Shown here one piece after another: positions 53,798 to 63,921 of a DNA stretch of 64,000 bases. Made by a program: the position numbers and the translations under genes. The stretch lies in the NCBI GenBank assembly GCA_945883335.1, contig CAMCXI010000002.1:193658-257657 (forward strand), in the 5' to 3' direction. Source of the DNA: Candidatus Methylopumilus universalis. Lineage in GTDB: Bacteria; Pseudomonadota; Gammaproteobacteria; Burkholderiales; Methylophilaceae. The notes below the pieces were generated by a model. The model worked only from the letters and a program-made list of their open reading frames with translations. It did no database searches and was not told where the DNA came from. How positions within the stretch are numbered: the stretch's first letter is position 1; each line of letters starts with the position of its first letter.

Positions 53798-55072
53798 TTA
53801 ATTCGCTTTTATTAATGTAATTGCTTGCGCCAAGTCAAGTTTAACTTGTTCGCCAGCCCACAGCATCGGCTTTACTGCAACTTGATTGGCTTGCACTTCA
53901 TCGTCGCCCAAGATAAGTGCAAATCGAGCGCCGCTTCTATCAGCTTTTTTCATTTGTGATTTAAAGCTACCGCCGCCAGCATGAGTGACGACAGACAAAC
54001 CAGCATCACGCAATTCTTCAGCCAGCTTAGCTGATACAGATTCTGCTAGCTCACCAACATTGACTAAATATACATCTGGGTTGGATTCAGCAGTAACGCC
54101 ATACTCTTGCATTAGCAAAAATACACGCTCCAAGCCAATACCAAAACCGCAAGCGGGTGTTGCATCACCACCCAATCTGGATACTAAACTGTTGTAACGA
54201 CCACCACCAGCGATCGTACCTTGGCTTCCAAGTTTAGTCGTCACCCACTCAAAAACCGTGCGATTATAGTAATCTAAACCGCGCACTAATCTTGAATTTA
54301 ATTTGTAGGCAACGCCTACCTCGTCCAACTTATTACACAGACCTGTAAAGTGGGCACGAGTTTCGTCACCTAAATAATCGATAAGTTTCGGCGCATCTTC
54401 TATCATGTCTTGCATGCGTGGATTTTTACTATCCAAAATACGAAGCGGATTGCTATGCAAGCGGCGTCTCGCGTCTTCATCCAGTAAATCAGTATGTTGC
54501 TCAAAATAAGCAATCAGTGACTTTCTGAACTCAGCACGCTCTTCAGCATCGCCTATGCTATTTAGCTGGAGCTCAACATCATCAATGCCAAGCGCTTTCC
54601 ATAATCGCGCTAATAAAATTATTTGTTCGGCATCGACATCGGGGCCATCAAAACCAAAGGCCTCAACACCAATTTGATGGAATTGACGTTGGCGGCCTTT
54701 TTGCACATTTTCGTGTCTAAACATTGGACCGGTATACCATAAGCGCTGTGGCCCATTGTAGGTAAGGTTATGTTCAACCACCGCCCTTACACAGCCCGCC
54801 GTTCCTTCTGGTCGTAAGGTCAGCTTGTCGCCATTAAGCCCATCCTCCCATGAGTACATTTCTTTTTCGACAATATCCGTATGCTCACCCACGCTACGAG
54901 TAAACAAATCCGTAGGCTCAATAATCGGCAAGCGAATATTACGATAACCATATTGGCTAAGTACTAGACGAGCAGTATCTTCCAGCTTTTGCCATAGCGG
55001 CGTCATTTCGGGCAGGATGTCGTAAAAACCTTTAATGCTCTGAAATTTTGTGTGTTTAGTTTGTTGCGTCAT
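53798..55072 (-). CDS. hisS: histidine--tRNA ligase
   Basis: Class II motifs ([13 protein letters not shown]) and an anticodon-binding C-domain. ispG-hisS synteny. Confidence 0.95.
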   Translation of the reverse strand: MTQQTKHTKFQSIKGFYDILPEMTPLWQKLEDTARLVLSQYGYRNIRLPIIEPTDLFTRSVGEHTDIVEKEMYSWEDGLNGDKLTLRPEGTAGCVRAVVEHNLTYNGPQRLWYTGPMFRHENVQKGRQRQFHQIGVEAFGFDGPDVDAEQIILLARLWKALGIDDVELQLNSIGDAEERAEFRKSLIAYFEQHTDLLDEDARRRLHSNPLRILDSKNPRMQDMIEDAPKLIDYLGDETRAHFTGLCNKLDEVGVAYKLNSRLVRGLDYYNRTVFEWVTTKLGSQGTIAGGGRYNSLVSRLGGDATPACGFGIGLERVFLLMQEYGVTAESNPDVYLVNVGELAESVSAKLAEELRDAGLSVVTHAGGGSFKSQMKKADRSGARFALILGDDEVQANQVAVKPMLWAGEQVKLDLAQAITLIKAN

Positions 55073-55090
55073 AAATACTTAGGATGATCA

Positions 55091-56368
55091 TTAAATAGAT
55101 TTAATTGAAATTATTTTAGTTTGACTGCGAAGTTTGCCGCCTTCAGCATAGTTATGCTCTACATACTTTTCCACAATCGCTTGAAACTCTTCTGCAATAG
55201 CATCGCCTTTAAGCGTCACGGTCTTTTCGCCATCCACAAAAACAGGCGCAACTGGCACTTCACCAGTCCCTGGCAAGCTAATACCAATGTTAGCTAATTT
55301 AGACTCACCTGGACCATTAACCACACATCCCATCACAGCCACACTCATGGACTCAACACCGGGATATTGCTTACGCCATACCGGCATTTGCTCACGTAAA
55401 TAGCGCTGAATATTTTGTGCTAACTCTTGAAAATAAGTTGATGTCGTACGTCCGCAACCCGGGCAAGCTGTCACTAACGGGGTGAATGAGCGTATGCCCA
55501 TGGTTTGTAAAATCTCTTGAGCAACAACGACCTCTTTAGTGCGAGACTCACCTGGTTCAGGCGTCAAACTTACACGTATGGTATCTCCAATGCCTTCTTG
55601 TAGCAGCAAAGAAAGAGCAGCCGTTGAAGCGACTATGCCTTTAGAACCCATTCCCGCCTCAGTAAGGCCTAAATGTAAAGGATAATCGCATCGCTTTGCT
55701 AAATCACGATAAACGAGCACCAAATCTTGTACATCACTCACCTTGCATGAAATGGTAATTTTATTGTGCGCGAGGCCAATATCTTCAGCCTGTTTAGCGC
55801 TTTCAAGGGCTGATTGGATTAATGCTTCGCGCATTAAAGCATCTGATGATAATGGATGGGCAGAAATTGCATTTTCATCCATCATCTTTGCCATTTTTTC
55901 TTGATCCAAACTACCCCAATTCACACCGATACGCACAGGTTTATCGTATTGAATTGCTGTTTCAATCATGGCTGAGAATTGCTCATCACGCTTAGAGCCT
56001 TTACCAACATTGCCTGGGTTAATACGATACTTTGCTAAAGCTTCGGCACAGTCAGGGTAAGTGCTGAGCAATTTATGGCCGTTGTAATGGAAATCCCCAA
56101 CCAGCGGCACTGGACATCCTTGCGCATCTAATTGCTGACGAATATTCGCCACTTGCGCCGCGGCTTCTGGTGAATTCACTGTAATACGTACAATTTCAGA
56201 ACCCGCCTGCCAAAGCTCGATGATCTGCTTAACCGTTGATGCCGCATCAGCCGTATCGGTATTGGTCATGGACTGAACGACAACAGGCGAATTACCACCA
56301 AGCGCAACATTACCTATCAGCACTTGCTGACATAGGCGCCTTGCAATAGATGTCTTAGAAGCGCTCAT
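55091..56368 (-). CDS. ispG: (E)-4-hydroxy-3-methylbut-2-enyl-diphosphate synthase
   Basis: VQSMTNTDT motif and Fe-S Cys motifs (CPGCGRT ... GCVVNGPGE). Confidence 0.95.
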   Translation of the reverse strand: MSASKTSIARRLCQQVLIGNVALGGNSPVVVQSMTNTDTADAASTVKQIIELWQAGSEIVRITVNSPEAAAQVANIRQQLDAQGCPVPLVGDFHYNGHKLLSTYPDCAEALAKYRINPGNVGKGSKRDEQFSAMIETAIQYDKPVRIGVNWGSLDQEKMAKMMDENAISAHPLSSDALMREALIQSALESAKQAEDIGLAHNKITISCKVSDVQDLVLVYRDLAKRCDYPLHLGLTEAGMGSKGIVASTAALSLLLQEGIGDTIRVSLTPEPGESRTKEVVVAQEILQTMGIRSFTPLVTACPGCGRTTSTYFQELAQNIQRYLREQMPVWRKQYPGVESMSVAVMGCVVNGPGESKLANIGISLPGTGEVPVAPVFVDGEKTVTLKGDAIAEEFQAIVEKYVEHNYAEGGKLRSQTKIISIKSI

Positions 56369-57303
56369 TAATGATCACCCACCGTGATACGCGCCATATT
56401 GTTATAGGTGCTTGGAGTCAAATCGATCGTTTCGCCATTGAAAATCACTTGGGTAGCACTTGCATTACCTATATGGAATTTAAGCGGTGGCAGCCCGTCT
56501 ACATACTCCTCGGTGCCTGCTTTAGCTAATTTACTAAACACAGTTTTACCATTTTTATCCTGCACACCAATCCATGATGAACCAGTTAGTAGCAGCTTCA
56601 CTCTGACAAATCCATTTGTAACTGCTGATGTTTTAGCAGGTTCGGATTTTACTGGCTCAGGTTTTACTGCAGCAGCAGAAATGGTTTGCTCTGTAGGCTT
56701 GTCTAAAGTTGCTTTTAACTCAGGTTTTGTCACAAGGCCAACCGTTTCTGTCACTTTTGGTAATGCAATTTCAGTCATTGTCGTTTCAGTTTTCGCTGAA
56801 GCTTCAGGCGAAGCAGCCTCCGGCAAAGGTTCTGGCGTTACATTCTGCTCCATGCTAACCGTGGGCAATGGACGATCAGGCGTATTGGAATTGCTTTGGT
56901 AAGCCCATATCTTGTAAGCCACCCAAACAAAAAGAGCTGCAATTAATAAAACACCAAAAATTAAAGTAGTTAACTTACTCACACCACCGTCAACTAATTT
57001 ATCGACGCCAACATTCTTGTAAGTAATGGATTGAGATTGTTCCTGCGGGTACATCCCAAGGTGGACATCAAGCAAAGGCTGAGGGTCTATTGTTAAAAAT
57101 CTCGCATAACTCTTGATAAAACCCCGAACGAAGATCGTACTACCAAAGATACTAAAATCATCGGCCTCTAAAGCATTGATTTGCTTCTTACTCAATCGTA
57201 AGCGTAAAGCAACCTCTTCAACACTTAACTTTTGTGCTTCTCTTGCGTCGCGTAACGTTACTCCGATTAATACCCTGCTACCTAGTTCTTGATCCATCAT
57301 CAA
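56368..57303 (-). CDS. rodZ: cytoskeleton protein RodZ
   Basis: N-terminal HTH ([30 protein letters not shown]), a TM helix, a Pro/Thr/Glu-rich linker and a C-terminal beta domain. Position between pilW and ispG. Confidence 0.8.
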   Translation of the reverse strand: MMMDQELGSRVLIGVTLRDAREAQKLSVEEVALRLRLSKKQINALEADDFSIFGSTIFVRGFIKSYARFLTIDPQPLLDVHLGMYPQEQSQSITYKNVGVDKLVDGGVSKLTTLIFGVLLIAALFVWVAYKIWAYQSNSNTPDRPLPTVSMEQNVTPEPLPEAASPEASAKTETTMTEIALPKVTETVGLVTKPELKATLDKPTEQTISAAAVKPEPVKSEPAKTSAVTNGFVRVKLLLTGSSWIGVQDKNGKTVFSKLAKAGTEEYVDGLPPLKFHIGNASATQVIFNGETIDLTPSTYNNMARITVGDH

Positions 57304-58046
57304 CTCCCTGATAATAAGGACTGTGTTTGCGGCGCATCTGGATAGTTTCTCTTTAGCACAAGCGCAAAGCTTGATTCCGCATCTTTATTGCCTAATTGGC
57401 GCTCTACTCTAATTCCCAGCCATAACATTTCAGGCGTAGGGTTGTTCGCTAGGGCATTTCTCATTGCATTCTGAGCAAGTTCATACTGCTTTTTATCGAA
57501 GTAAATTTTAGCTAACTGGTAGGCCGTATTATGCAGAAGTGGCTGATTTTGAAGTGCCAAGCTGAAAAAATGTTCAGCACCATTCACATCAGACTTTTTA
57601 AGGGAACAATAACCAGCATTTGTATATGCAATAAAAGGAGTTACATAAAGTGGGTTCTTGGCGGCATCCTGAAACTGCACGATAGACTCATCAACGCGAT
57701 TGCGTGAACAAAGGAACGAACCATAATTGTTATGCGCTTCAGAATTTTTGGCATCTAAAGTAATAGATTTTTGGAAATTTAGTTCGGCCTTGGTATCTTC
57801 ATTAATAGCCGCATAAGTCATCGCCAACCCGTTGTATCCAGGTGAGTAATTTTTATCCAGCTCTATTGATTTCATAAACTCATTAAGCGCAATGGTCATT
57901 TGACCTTGCTGATAATAACTAGAGCCACGATCAGCATGTATACGTGCAGCTCCTTGATTATTGTTATCGCTCGAGATCAATCCCGCGCCAGATTGATTCA
58001 CACATGCGCTGAGCACCAGCACTATCAATACAAAGCACTTGCGCAT
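57300..58046 (-). CDS. pilW: type IV pilus biogenesis/stability TPR lipoprotein PilW (PilF-like)
   Basis: Start trimmed to [15 protein letters not shown] (lipobox), whose ATG overlaps the rlmN stop (TGATG). TPR repeats. rlmN-pilW-rodZ order as in Neisseria and Pseudomonas. Confidence 0.75.
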   Translation of the reverse strand: MRKCFVLIVLVLSACVNQSGAGLISSDNNNQGAARIHADRGSSYYQQGQMTIALNEFMKSIELDKNYSPGYNGLAMTYAAINEDTKAELNFQKSITLDAKNSEAHNNYGSFLCSRNRVDESIVQFQDAAKNPLYVTPFIAYTNAGYCSLKKSDVNGAEHFFSLALQNQPLLHNTAYQLAKIYFDKKQYELAQNAMRNALANNPTPEMLWLGIRVERQLGNKDAESSFALVLKRNYPDAPQTQSLLSGS

Positions 58047-59149
58047 CACATTCTCTCCAAAACAATTGGGCGCGTAGATCGTTTTGTTTTGTCTTGGACT
58101 TGCCCTGCCAATTGACCACAAGCAGCATCAATATCATCACCGCGCGTTTTGCGGGTGGTGACGATATGGCCAGCCTGCATCAAAATATCTCTAAACCTGC
58201 GAATATTATCTGGTCGTGACGTTTCGTAACCGCTGTGTGGGAATGGATTAAACGGGATTAAATTGAATTTACAAGGCACATCTTTCACCAAATTCAATAG
58301 CTCTTTGGCATGATCAAAGCTGTCATTAACGCCATCAAGCATCACATACTCGAAAGTTACAAAATCTCGTGGCGCTTTGACTAAATAGCGCTGACAAGCA
58401 GCCATCAACTCTTTGAGCGGATATTTTTTATTGATAGGCACAATCACATTTCGCAGCGCATCGTTTGGCGCGTGCAATGAAACCGCTAAGGCCACAGGAC
58501 AATCTTCTTTCAATCTATCCATGGCTGGCACTACGCCACTGGTTGAAAGTGTCACGCGACGTCGACTCAAACAATATGCAGAGTCATCCAACATAATTTG
58601 CATGGCAGTGACGACATTATCGTAATTAGTGAGCGGCTCACCCATGCCCATCATCACGACATTGCTAATAATACGCTCGCTCATTGGGAGCATGCCGTAA
58701 TCGGGATCTTGTCTAAGCGAATGGTTAGCTAACCACAACTGACCAATAATCTCAGATACGCTGAGATTACGGTTAAAACCTTGGCGGCCTGTTGAACAAA
58801 ACGTACACTCAAGAGCACAACCGACTTGTGATGAAATACACAAAGTACCTCTATCGTCTTCTGGGATAAACACGGTTTCTACACCGTTGCCAGTACCAGC
58901 ACCCACCAACCACTTGCGCGTTCCATCATTGGAAACCTGCTCAAGCTGAACGTTGGGAGGGGTGATGGTAGTCGTGGCGGCTAATTTCTCACGTAGAGAT
59001 TTAGCAATATCGGTCATCTGCTCAAAATCATTCACCCCAAAGTGATGCATCCAGCGCATCAACTGTTTAGCGCGAAAAGGCTTCTCGCCTAATGCTACAA
59101 AGTATTCGGCGAGTTGCGCTTGGTTAAAATCGAGCAGATTAATCATCAA
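58046..59149 (-). CDS. rlmN: 23S rRNA/tRNA adenine C2 methyltransferase RlmN (radical SAM)
   Basis: [12 protein letters not shown]-terminus and CALECTFC radical-SAM motif. Confidence 0.95.
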   Translation of the reverse strand: MMINLLDFNQAQLAEYFVALGEKPFRAKQLMRWMHHFGVNDFEQMTDIAKSLREKLAATTTITPPNVQLEQVSNDGTRKWLVGAGTGNGVETVFIPEDDRGTLCISSQVGCALECTFCSTGRQGFNRNLSVSEIIGQLWLANHSLRQDPDYGMLPMSERIISNVVMMGMGEPLTNYDNVVTAMQIMLDDSAYCLSRRRVTLSTSGVVPAMDRLKEDCPVALAVSLHAPNDALRNVIVPINKKYPLKELMAACQRYLVKAPRDFVTFEYVMLDGVNDSFDHAKELLNLVKDVPCKFNLIPFNPFPHSGYETSRPDNIRRFRDILMQAGHIVTTRKTRGDDIDAACGQLAGQVQDKTKRSTRPIVLERM

Positions 59150-59155
59150 CTACGA

Positions 59156-59563
59156 TTACTTACCGAAGAAGTAAGCGATTTCGATTGCTGCATTTTCAGC
59201 AGAGTCAGAACCGTGAACAGCGTTAGCATCAATGCTTTCAGCAAAGTCAGCACGAATAGTTCCAGCAGCAGCGTCTTTAGGGTTAGTTGCGCCCATCAAA
59301 TCACGATTTTTCAATACAGCGCCTTCGCCTTCAAGCGCTTGAATCATTACTGGACCTGAAATCATGAATTTAACCAAGTCAGCAAAGAATGGACGCTCTT
59401 TGTGAACAGCGTAGAAGCCTTCAGCTTCAGCTTGAGACAATTGTGCCATTTTAGCTGCAACGATTTTCAAACCAGCGTTTTCAAAACGTGAGTAGATTTG
59501 ACCAATCACATTTTTAGCAACTGCGTCAGGTTTGATGATAGATAAAGTACGTTCTAAAGCCAT
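59156..59563 (-). CDS. ndk: nucleoside-diphosphate kinase
   Basis: [16 protein letters not shown]-terminus and NAVHGSDS active-site His motif. Confidence 0.97.
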   Translation of the reverse strand: MALERTLSIIKPDAVAKNVIGQIYSRFENAGLKIVAAKMAQLSQAEAEGFYAVHKERPFFADLVKFMISGPVMIQALEGEGAVLKNRDLMGATNPKDAAAGTIRADFAESIDANAVHGSDSAENAAIEIAYFFGK

Positions 59564-59659
59564 AATTACTCCAAAAAATTAACATTACAAAAACAACAAA
59601 AAAACTCCAAATCCAATTGCGATTTAGAAAGAAAAATGGGTTGCAAATCTATAAAACAT

Positions 59660-59692
59660 AAAGACCGCTAAAATAACATTTTAACGGTCTTT
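59660..59692 (-). terminator. long near-perfect hairpin downstream of rlmB (likely terminator)
   Basis: AAAGACCG/CGGTCTTT outer stem plus TAAAAT/ATTTTA inner stem with a 3-nt loop and one mismatch. On the minus strand it is followed by the T-rich ATGTTTTAT. Confidence 0.55.
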
Positions 59693-59718
59693 AATAAAGC
59701 TAAAACAACAAGATTAAG

Positions 59719-60468
59719 CTACTTCAAGCTTCTTTGACGGCGCACCTCATAAAGACAAATTCCACTCGCCACAGAAACATTCAAACTTTCCACACTGCCA
59801 AACATAGGAATACTAACCAAAGCATCACACGTTTCTTCAGTTAAACGGCGCAAACCTGTGCCTTCGGCACCTAACACCAATGCCACAGGTCCATCGAATT
59901 TCGTAGCGAGCAAATCATGCTCTGCTTCTGCTGAAGCACCAATCACAAACACGCCAGCCTCCTGAAGCTCCCGAATTGTGCGAGCTAAATTAGTGACTGC
60001 CAAAAATGGCACTGTTTCAGCCGCACCACAAGCCACCTTACGGACAGTGGCGTTCAGGCCCACCGCCCTGTCTTTAGGGGCAATCACCGCATGAACGCCC
60101 ATCGCATCTGCCACACGCAAACACGCCCCTAGGTTATGAGGATCTTCGACACCATCTAGGATTAAAAAGAATGGCGGCTCTTTGAGACCAGACTCCAAAA
60201 TGTCGTATATATCCTTGTATGGAATTGGCGTATCCACTACACGCGCAATCACCCCCTGGTGACGACCATTCATGCCCGCAAGACCGTCTAAACGTGCCCT
60301 ATCCACCTCCATCGTACGAACATTGGCTTGCTCAGCAAGACTCAACAAATCCTTCATGCGCGCATCAATGCGGTCGCGGTCAATCAAGATCTCTTGCACG
60401 CTCGCGCCATGCTGACGAAGACGGCTTAAAACGGCATGGAAACCAAATAAAATTCTTGCATCAGTCAT
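59719..60468 (-). CDS. rlmB: 23S rRNA (guanosine2251-2'-O)-methyltransferase
   Basis: SpoU/TrmH family motifs ([30 protein letters not shown]). rnr-rlmB synteny. Confidence 0.9.
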   Translation of the reverse strand: MTDARILFGFHAVLSRLRQHGASVQEILIDRDRIDARMKDLLSLAEQANVRTMEVDRARLDGLAGMNGRHQGVIARVVDTPIPYKDIYDILESGLKEPPFFLILDGVEDPHNLGACLRVADAMGVHAVIAPKDRAVGLNATVRKVACGAAETVPFLAVTNLARTIRELQEAGVFVIGASAEAEHDLLATKFDGPVALVLGAEGTGLRRLTEETCDALVSIPMFGSVESLNVSVASGICLYEVRRQRSLK

Positions 60469-60511
60469 TACTTAAAACCTTTACTTTTAATATTATTCTT
60501 AACTTAGCCTA

Positions 60512-62965
60512 TTACTTTTTTCTTGGCGCTGACTTTGCTGGACGTGATTTTGAGCCTGCATTAGGCTTGGATGAAGCGCTACCAGCATTGTGACTGCGAC
60601 TTTTATTAGCATTTGCCTTTTTAGCACGACTAGACTTTGGCGCGCTGTTTTTATCCCAAGGCGCAGATACTTTTAAGGTTTTTCTTTCCTGCTGATTAAC
60701 TTCAACCTTTGTCGTGGCTTTTTTATCGCCAACTTTATTACGGTAACGTTCAGGCAAGATTGAGTCTTCCTCGCTAATCGGCGTGAGTTTATTAGTATCC
60801 GCCAATACAAAGTCAATACGCGATGTTTCTAAGTCAACGCGACTCACTTTAACGCGCAATCTGTCCCCCAAGCGATACTTCATCCCAGTACGCTCGCCCG
60901 CCATCTCATGGCGCGCTTTATCAAAGTTAAAGTAATCGTTGCCTAGCTCAGTCACATGCAGCAAGCCTTCCACATACACACCATCCAGCGCCACAAATAA
61001 GCCAAAGCTCGTCACGCCAGCCACAGTACCATCGTACTCTTCGCCAATCTTATCTTGCATGTAGAAGCATTTGAGCCAAGCTTGCACGTCTCGTGTGGCA
61101 TCATCGGCACGACGCTCAGTCATTGAGCAATGCTGACCTAGTTGATGGAAGTCTCCACCTTGATAACGCTCACCTTTAAGCACTGCTTTAATCGCACGAT
61201 GAATAATCAAATCTGGGTAACGACGAATTGGTGACGTGAAGTGTGCATAAGCCTCATAGGCCAAGCCGAAGTGACCAACGTTATCTGGGCTATAAACAGC
61301 TTGCTGCATTGAGCGTAGCAAAACGGTTTGTAACAACTGCTCATCCGGACGGCCTTTAATACGCGCCAAGAGCTTACCGTAGTCTTTTGCGTGTGGTGTA
61401 TCGCCGCCACCCACACCAAAGCCAAACTCGCCCATAAAGGTGCGCAAAGCTTCTAGCTTTTCAGGGGTTGGGCCTTCGTGAATACGGTAAAGTGCAGGAT
61501 GCTCATGTGTCTTTAAGAAATCAGCCGCACAAACATTCGCCGCTAACATACACTCTTCAATTAAACGATGCGCATCATTACGCATCGTTGGCTCAATACG
61601 ATCAATTTTTCCATTTTCGTTGAATACCATCAGTGTTTCTTGGCTGTCAAACTCAATGGCGCCTCGCTTTTCACGCACAGCCAATGACAGTTTGTAGAAG
61701 CTATTTAAGTTCTCTAAATGGGGCACTAACCATGCGTATTCTTTTGCCAACTCACCATCTGGTTGCGTCAAAATTTCATGTACTTTGGTATAGGTCATGC
61801 GGGCTTTTGAGCGCATGACTGAAGGATAGAATTGATAACGTTTTACGACACCAGTGCCATCCACCTGCATATCGCAGACCATACACAAACGCTCAACATC
61901 TGGATTAAGCGAGCAAAGACCGTTAGATAATGCCTCTGGCAACATTGGAATCACGCGGCGCGGGAAATATACTGAGTTGCCTCTATCGTACGCATCTTTA
62001 TCAAGCGCATCGCCTGGTCTTACATAAAAACTCACATCGGCAATCGCCACCACAACGCGCCAACCTTTGCCTTGTGGCTCGCAAAATACTGCATCATCGA
62101 AATCACGTGCGGTTTCACCATCAATGGTAATCAGCGCCATCTCACGCAAATCAATACGACCTTTGTAATCTTGTGGTTGAACCAAGCGAGGATAATCCTC
62201 CGCTTGCTTTACCGAGGCAGGATTAAACTCGTGTGGCAATTGATGCTTGCGCAGCGCAATCTCAATCTCCATACCAGAGTCGGCATAGTTGCCCAAAATC
62301 TCAACCACCTTACCAATCGGCTTGGCATAAGCTGATGGCTGTTCCATGAGCTCCACCACCACTACTTGCCCAGCTTTTGCCTGCAAATCCTGGCCTGGCG
62401 GCACCAAAATATCTTGGCTAATACGTTTGTCTTCGGCTGCAACCAAAGTAACGCCTTGCTCACGAATTAAACGGCCCACCAATTTCTTAGTCGCGCGTTC
62501 AAGCACTTCAACAATCTTGCCCTCTGGACGACCTTTACGGTCGAAACCGCACTGCCGCACCATGGCGCGATCGCCGTGCATCACTTGGGACATTTCGCGG
62601 GGGGATAAAAATAAATCATCTCCGCCGTTATCGGGAATTAAAAATCCAAAGCCATCCGCATGACCTTGAATCTTGCCTGCGATTAAATGCAGCTTCTCTG
62701 CAATACAAAGGACATTTTTGCGGTTACGCATAATCTGCCCTTCCCGCTCCATCGCATTTAGACGACGGTTAAAGATCTCTTTTTCATCTTCACCAATCTC
62801 AAGCAGATCGTACAAATCTTCAACGTGCAAAGGCACACCTTGATCTGTCATCATTTGCAAAATGAACTCGCGACTGGGCAATGGGTTTTCGTAGTTTGCA
62901 GACTCTCGTTGAGCATGCGGATCCGCTTGTCTTTTTGAGTTTCGCGGTGTTTTTTTATGAGCCAA
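60512..62965 (-). CDS. rnr: ribonuclease R
   Basis: 817 aa with cold-shock-like N-domains, an RNB catalytic domain (ITIDGETARDFDDA), an S1 domain and a Lys-rich basic tail. Confidence 0.95.
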   Translation of the reverse strand: MAHKKTPRNSKRQADPHAQRESANYENPLPSREFILQMMTDQGVPLHVEDLYDLLEIGEDEKEIFNRRLNAMEREGQIMRNRKNVLCIAEKLHLIAGKIQGHADGFGFLIPDNGGDDLFLSPREMSQVMHGDRAMVRQCGFDRKGRPEGKIVEVLERATKKLVGRLIREQGVTLVAAEDKRISQDILVPPGQDLQAKAGQVVVVELMEQPSAYAKPIGKVVEILGNYADSGMEIEIALRKHQLPHEFNPASVKQAEDYPRLVQPQDYKGRIDLREMALITIDGETARDFDDAVFCEPQGKGWRVVVAIADVSFYVRPGDALDKDAYDRGNSVYFPRRVIPMLPEALSNGLCSLNPDVERLCMVCDMQVDGTGVVKRYQFYPSVMRSKARMTYTKVHEILTQPDGELAKEYAWLVPHLENLNSFYKLSLAVREKRGAIEFDSQETLMVFNENGKIDRIEPTMRNDAHRLIEECMLAANVCAADFLKTHEHPALYRIHEGPTPEKLEALRTFMGEFGFGVGGGDTPHAKDYGKLLARIKGRPDEQLLQTVLLRSMQQAVYSPDNVGHFGLAYEAYAHFTSPIRRYPDLIIHRAIKAVLKGERYQGGDFHQLGQHCSMTERRADDATRDVQAWLKCFYMQDKIGEEYDGTVAGVTSFGLFVALDGVYVEGLLHVTELGNDYFNFDKARHEMAGERTGMKYRLGDRLRVKVSRVDLETSRIDFVLADTNKLTPISEEDSILPERYRNKVGDKKATTKVEVNQQERKTLKVSAPWDKNSAPKSSRAKKANANKSRSHNAGSASSKPNAGSKSRPAKSAPRKK

Positions 62966-63042
62966 AGCTTATTATTCCTATTAGATTACTGCTTAATTTA
63001 ATACTTGATTCTGTTACGTTTAAATTTACACTTTGTAGTATA

Positions 63043-63128
63043 GCCCAAATGGCAGAATTGGTAGACGCGCATGGTTCAGATACATGTGCCTTAGAGGGAG
63101 GAGGTTTAACTACCCTTTTGAAAAAAAC
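63043..63128 (+). pseudogene. degenerate tRNA-Leu(CAG)-like sequence
   Basis: The 5' part GCCCAAATGGCAGAATTGGTAGACGCGCATGGTTCAGATACATGTGCC matches the tRNA-Leu acceptor, D and anticodon arms. However, the anticodon stem has a closing mismatch, the T-loop reads TTTAACT with no complementary T-stem, and the 3' acceptor strand reads TTTGAAA instead of TTTGGGC. Confidence 0.55.
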
Positions 63129-63249
63129 CTGTCAGCTCGACATATCAACCCATCTTTTTTCTACAATGCTATATGGAGCCAAAACCCAATAAAGCAAGCC
63201 ATCCTGCATATGTTCTCGCAATTCATTTAAATTTATATTACAAAAGTAA

Positions 63250-63278
63250 TAGACAAAACTAATTCAAATACGTAATAT
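63250..63278 (+). promoter_or_regulatory. candidate sigma70 promoter of umuD-like gene (TAGACA-N17-TAATAT)
   Basis: -35 at 63250..63255 (5/6 match to TTGACA) and -10 at 63273..63278 with a 17-nt spacer. The palindrome lies immediately downstream. Confidence 0.45.
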
Positions 63279-63287
63279 TCACTCAAG

Positions 63288-63301
63288 TGTACGAACGTAC
63301 A
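63288..63301. promoter_or_regulatory. SOS-box-like palindrome TGTACG-AA-CGTACA (TGT-N8-ACA)
   Basis: Perfect 6-bp arms with the same TGT-N8-ACA core spacing as the proteobacterial LexA box CTGT-N8-ACAG; the flanking bases differ (G...A). It lies 9 nt after the putative -10 and 24 nt before the ATG. Confidence 0.5.
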
Positions 63302-63325
63302 ACAAAGACAATAAAGGGTGAAAAC

Positions 63326-63781
63326 ATGAATCCATTGAATTTTATTAGCAGCTACAACCGCAAACATACCAACAATGTTGAAGATATCTATACGCGCACA
63401 TCTAATAAAAGCGCCTATATTCCGCTTTATAATCAGGTTGCTTCAGCTGGCGTTGCAAAGCCTATGCATATCGAAGCAAGGCTCAGCGCCGATGACATGA
63501 TGGTAAAAAATCCAATGGCAACCTACTTTGTACGCGTCAAGGGTGATTCAATGCTTAATGCTGGCATTACTAATGGTGATGTCGTTGTGGTTGATCGGTG
63601 CTTAGAACCAAGCATCGGTCATATTGTACTTGCTGAGGTAGACGGTGAATTTACAGTGAAATACCTTGGGAAAGAAGAGCTACTTCCGGCTAATACTAAG
63701 TGCAAAGCTATAAACTTTGCGGACGCTGAGAGAATTGCGATTATTGGTGTTGTAACAGGATCTATGCGTAGATTTGTGTAG
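63326..63781 (+). CDS. umuD: UmuD-like S24 (LexA-family) self-cleaving peptidase, no adjacent umuC
   Basis: Start trimmed to the ATG at 63326, preceded by AAGGGTG. Candidate Ala-Gly cleavage site (VASAG), catalytic Ser in KGDSML and Lys in EFTVKYL. Alignable with E. coli UmuD from FPLF... onward. Confidence 0.85.
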   Translation: MNPLNFISSYNRKHTNNVEDIYTRTSNKSAYIPLYNQVASAGVAKPMHIEARLSADDMMVKNPMATYFVRVKGDSMLNAGITNGDVVVVDRCLEPSIGHIVLAEVDGEFTVKYLGKEELLPANTKCKAINFADAERIAIIGVVTGSMRRFV

Positions 63782-63792
63782 TCAATAAAAAC

Positions 63793-63882
63793 TGGCGGAG
63801 AGAGCGAGATTCGAACTCGCGACAGGGATAACCCTGTGCCACCTTTCCAGGGTGGTGACTTAAACCACTCATCCATCTCTCC
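63793..63882 (-). tRNA. tRNA-Ser (anticodon GGA), CCA encoded
   Basis: The reverse complement reads GGAGAGATGGATGAGTGGTTTAAGTCACCACCCTGGAAAGGTGGCACAGGGTTATCCCTGTCGCGAGTTCGAATCTCGCTCTCTCCGCCA. It has a 7-bp acceptor stem, anticodon loop CTGGAAA, a long variable arm and T-arm GCGAG-TTCGAAT-CTCGC. Confidence 0.92.
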
Positions 63883-63892
63883 GAGGTGGCGG

Positions 63893-63921
63893 ATTATAGC
63901 GCAACTATAGCCACTTATAAA
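63893..63921 (-). promoter_or_regulatory. candidate promoter of tRNA-Ser (TTTATA-N17-TATAAT, GC-rich discriminator)
   Basis: On the minus strand, a perfect TATAAT (plus coordinates 63893..63898) lies 10 nt upstream of the mature 5' end, followed by CCGCCACC. The -35-like TTTATA is at 63916..63921. Confidence 0.5.

Noticed and set aside
62881-63192. 103-aa plus-strand ORF covering the rnr start region and the tRNA-Leu-like sequence.
   Set aside because: It overlaps the rnr N-terminus antisense and reads straight through tRNA-like sequence, so it is almost certainly spurious.
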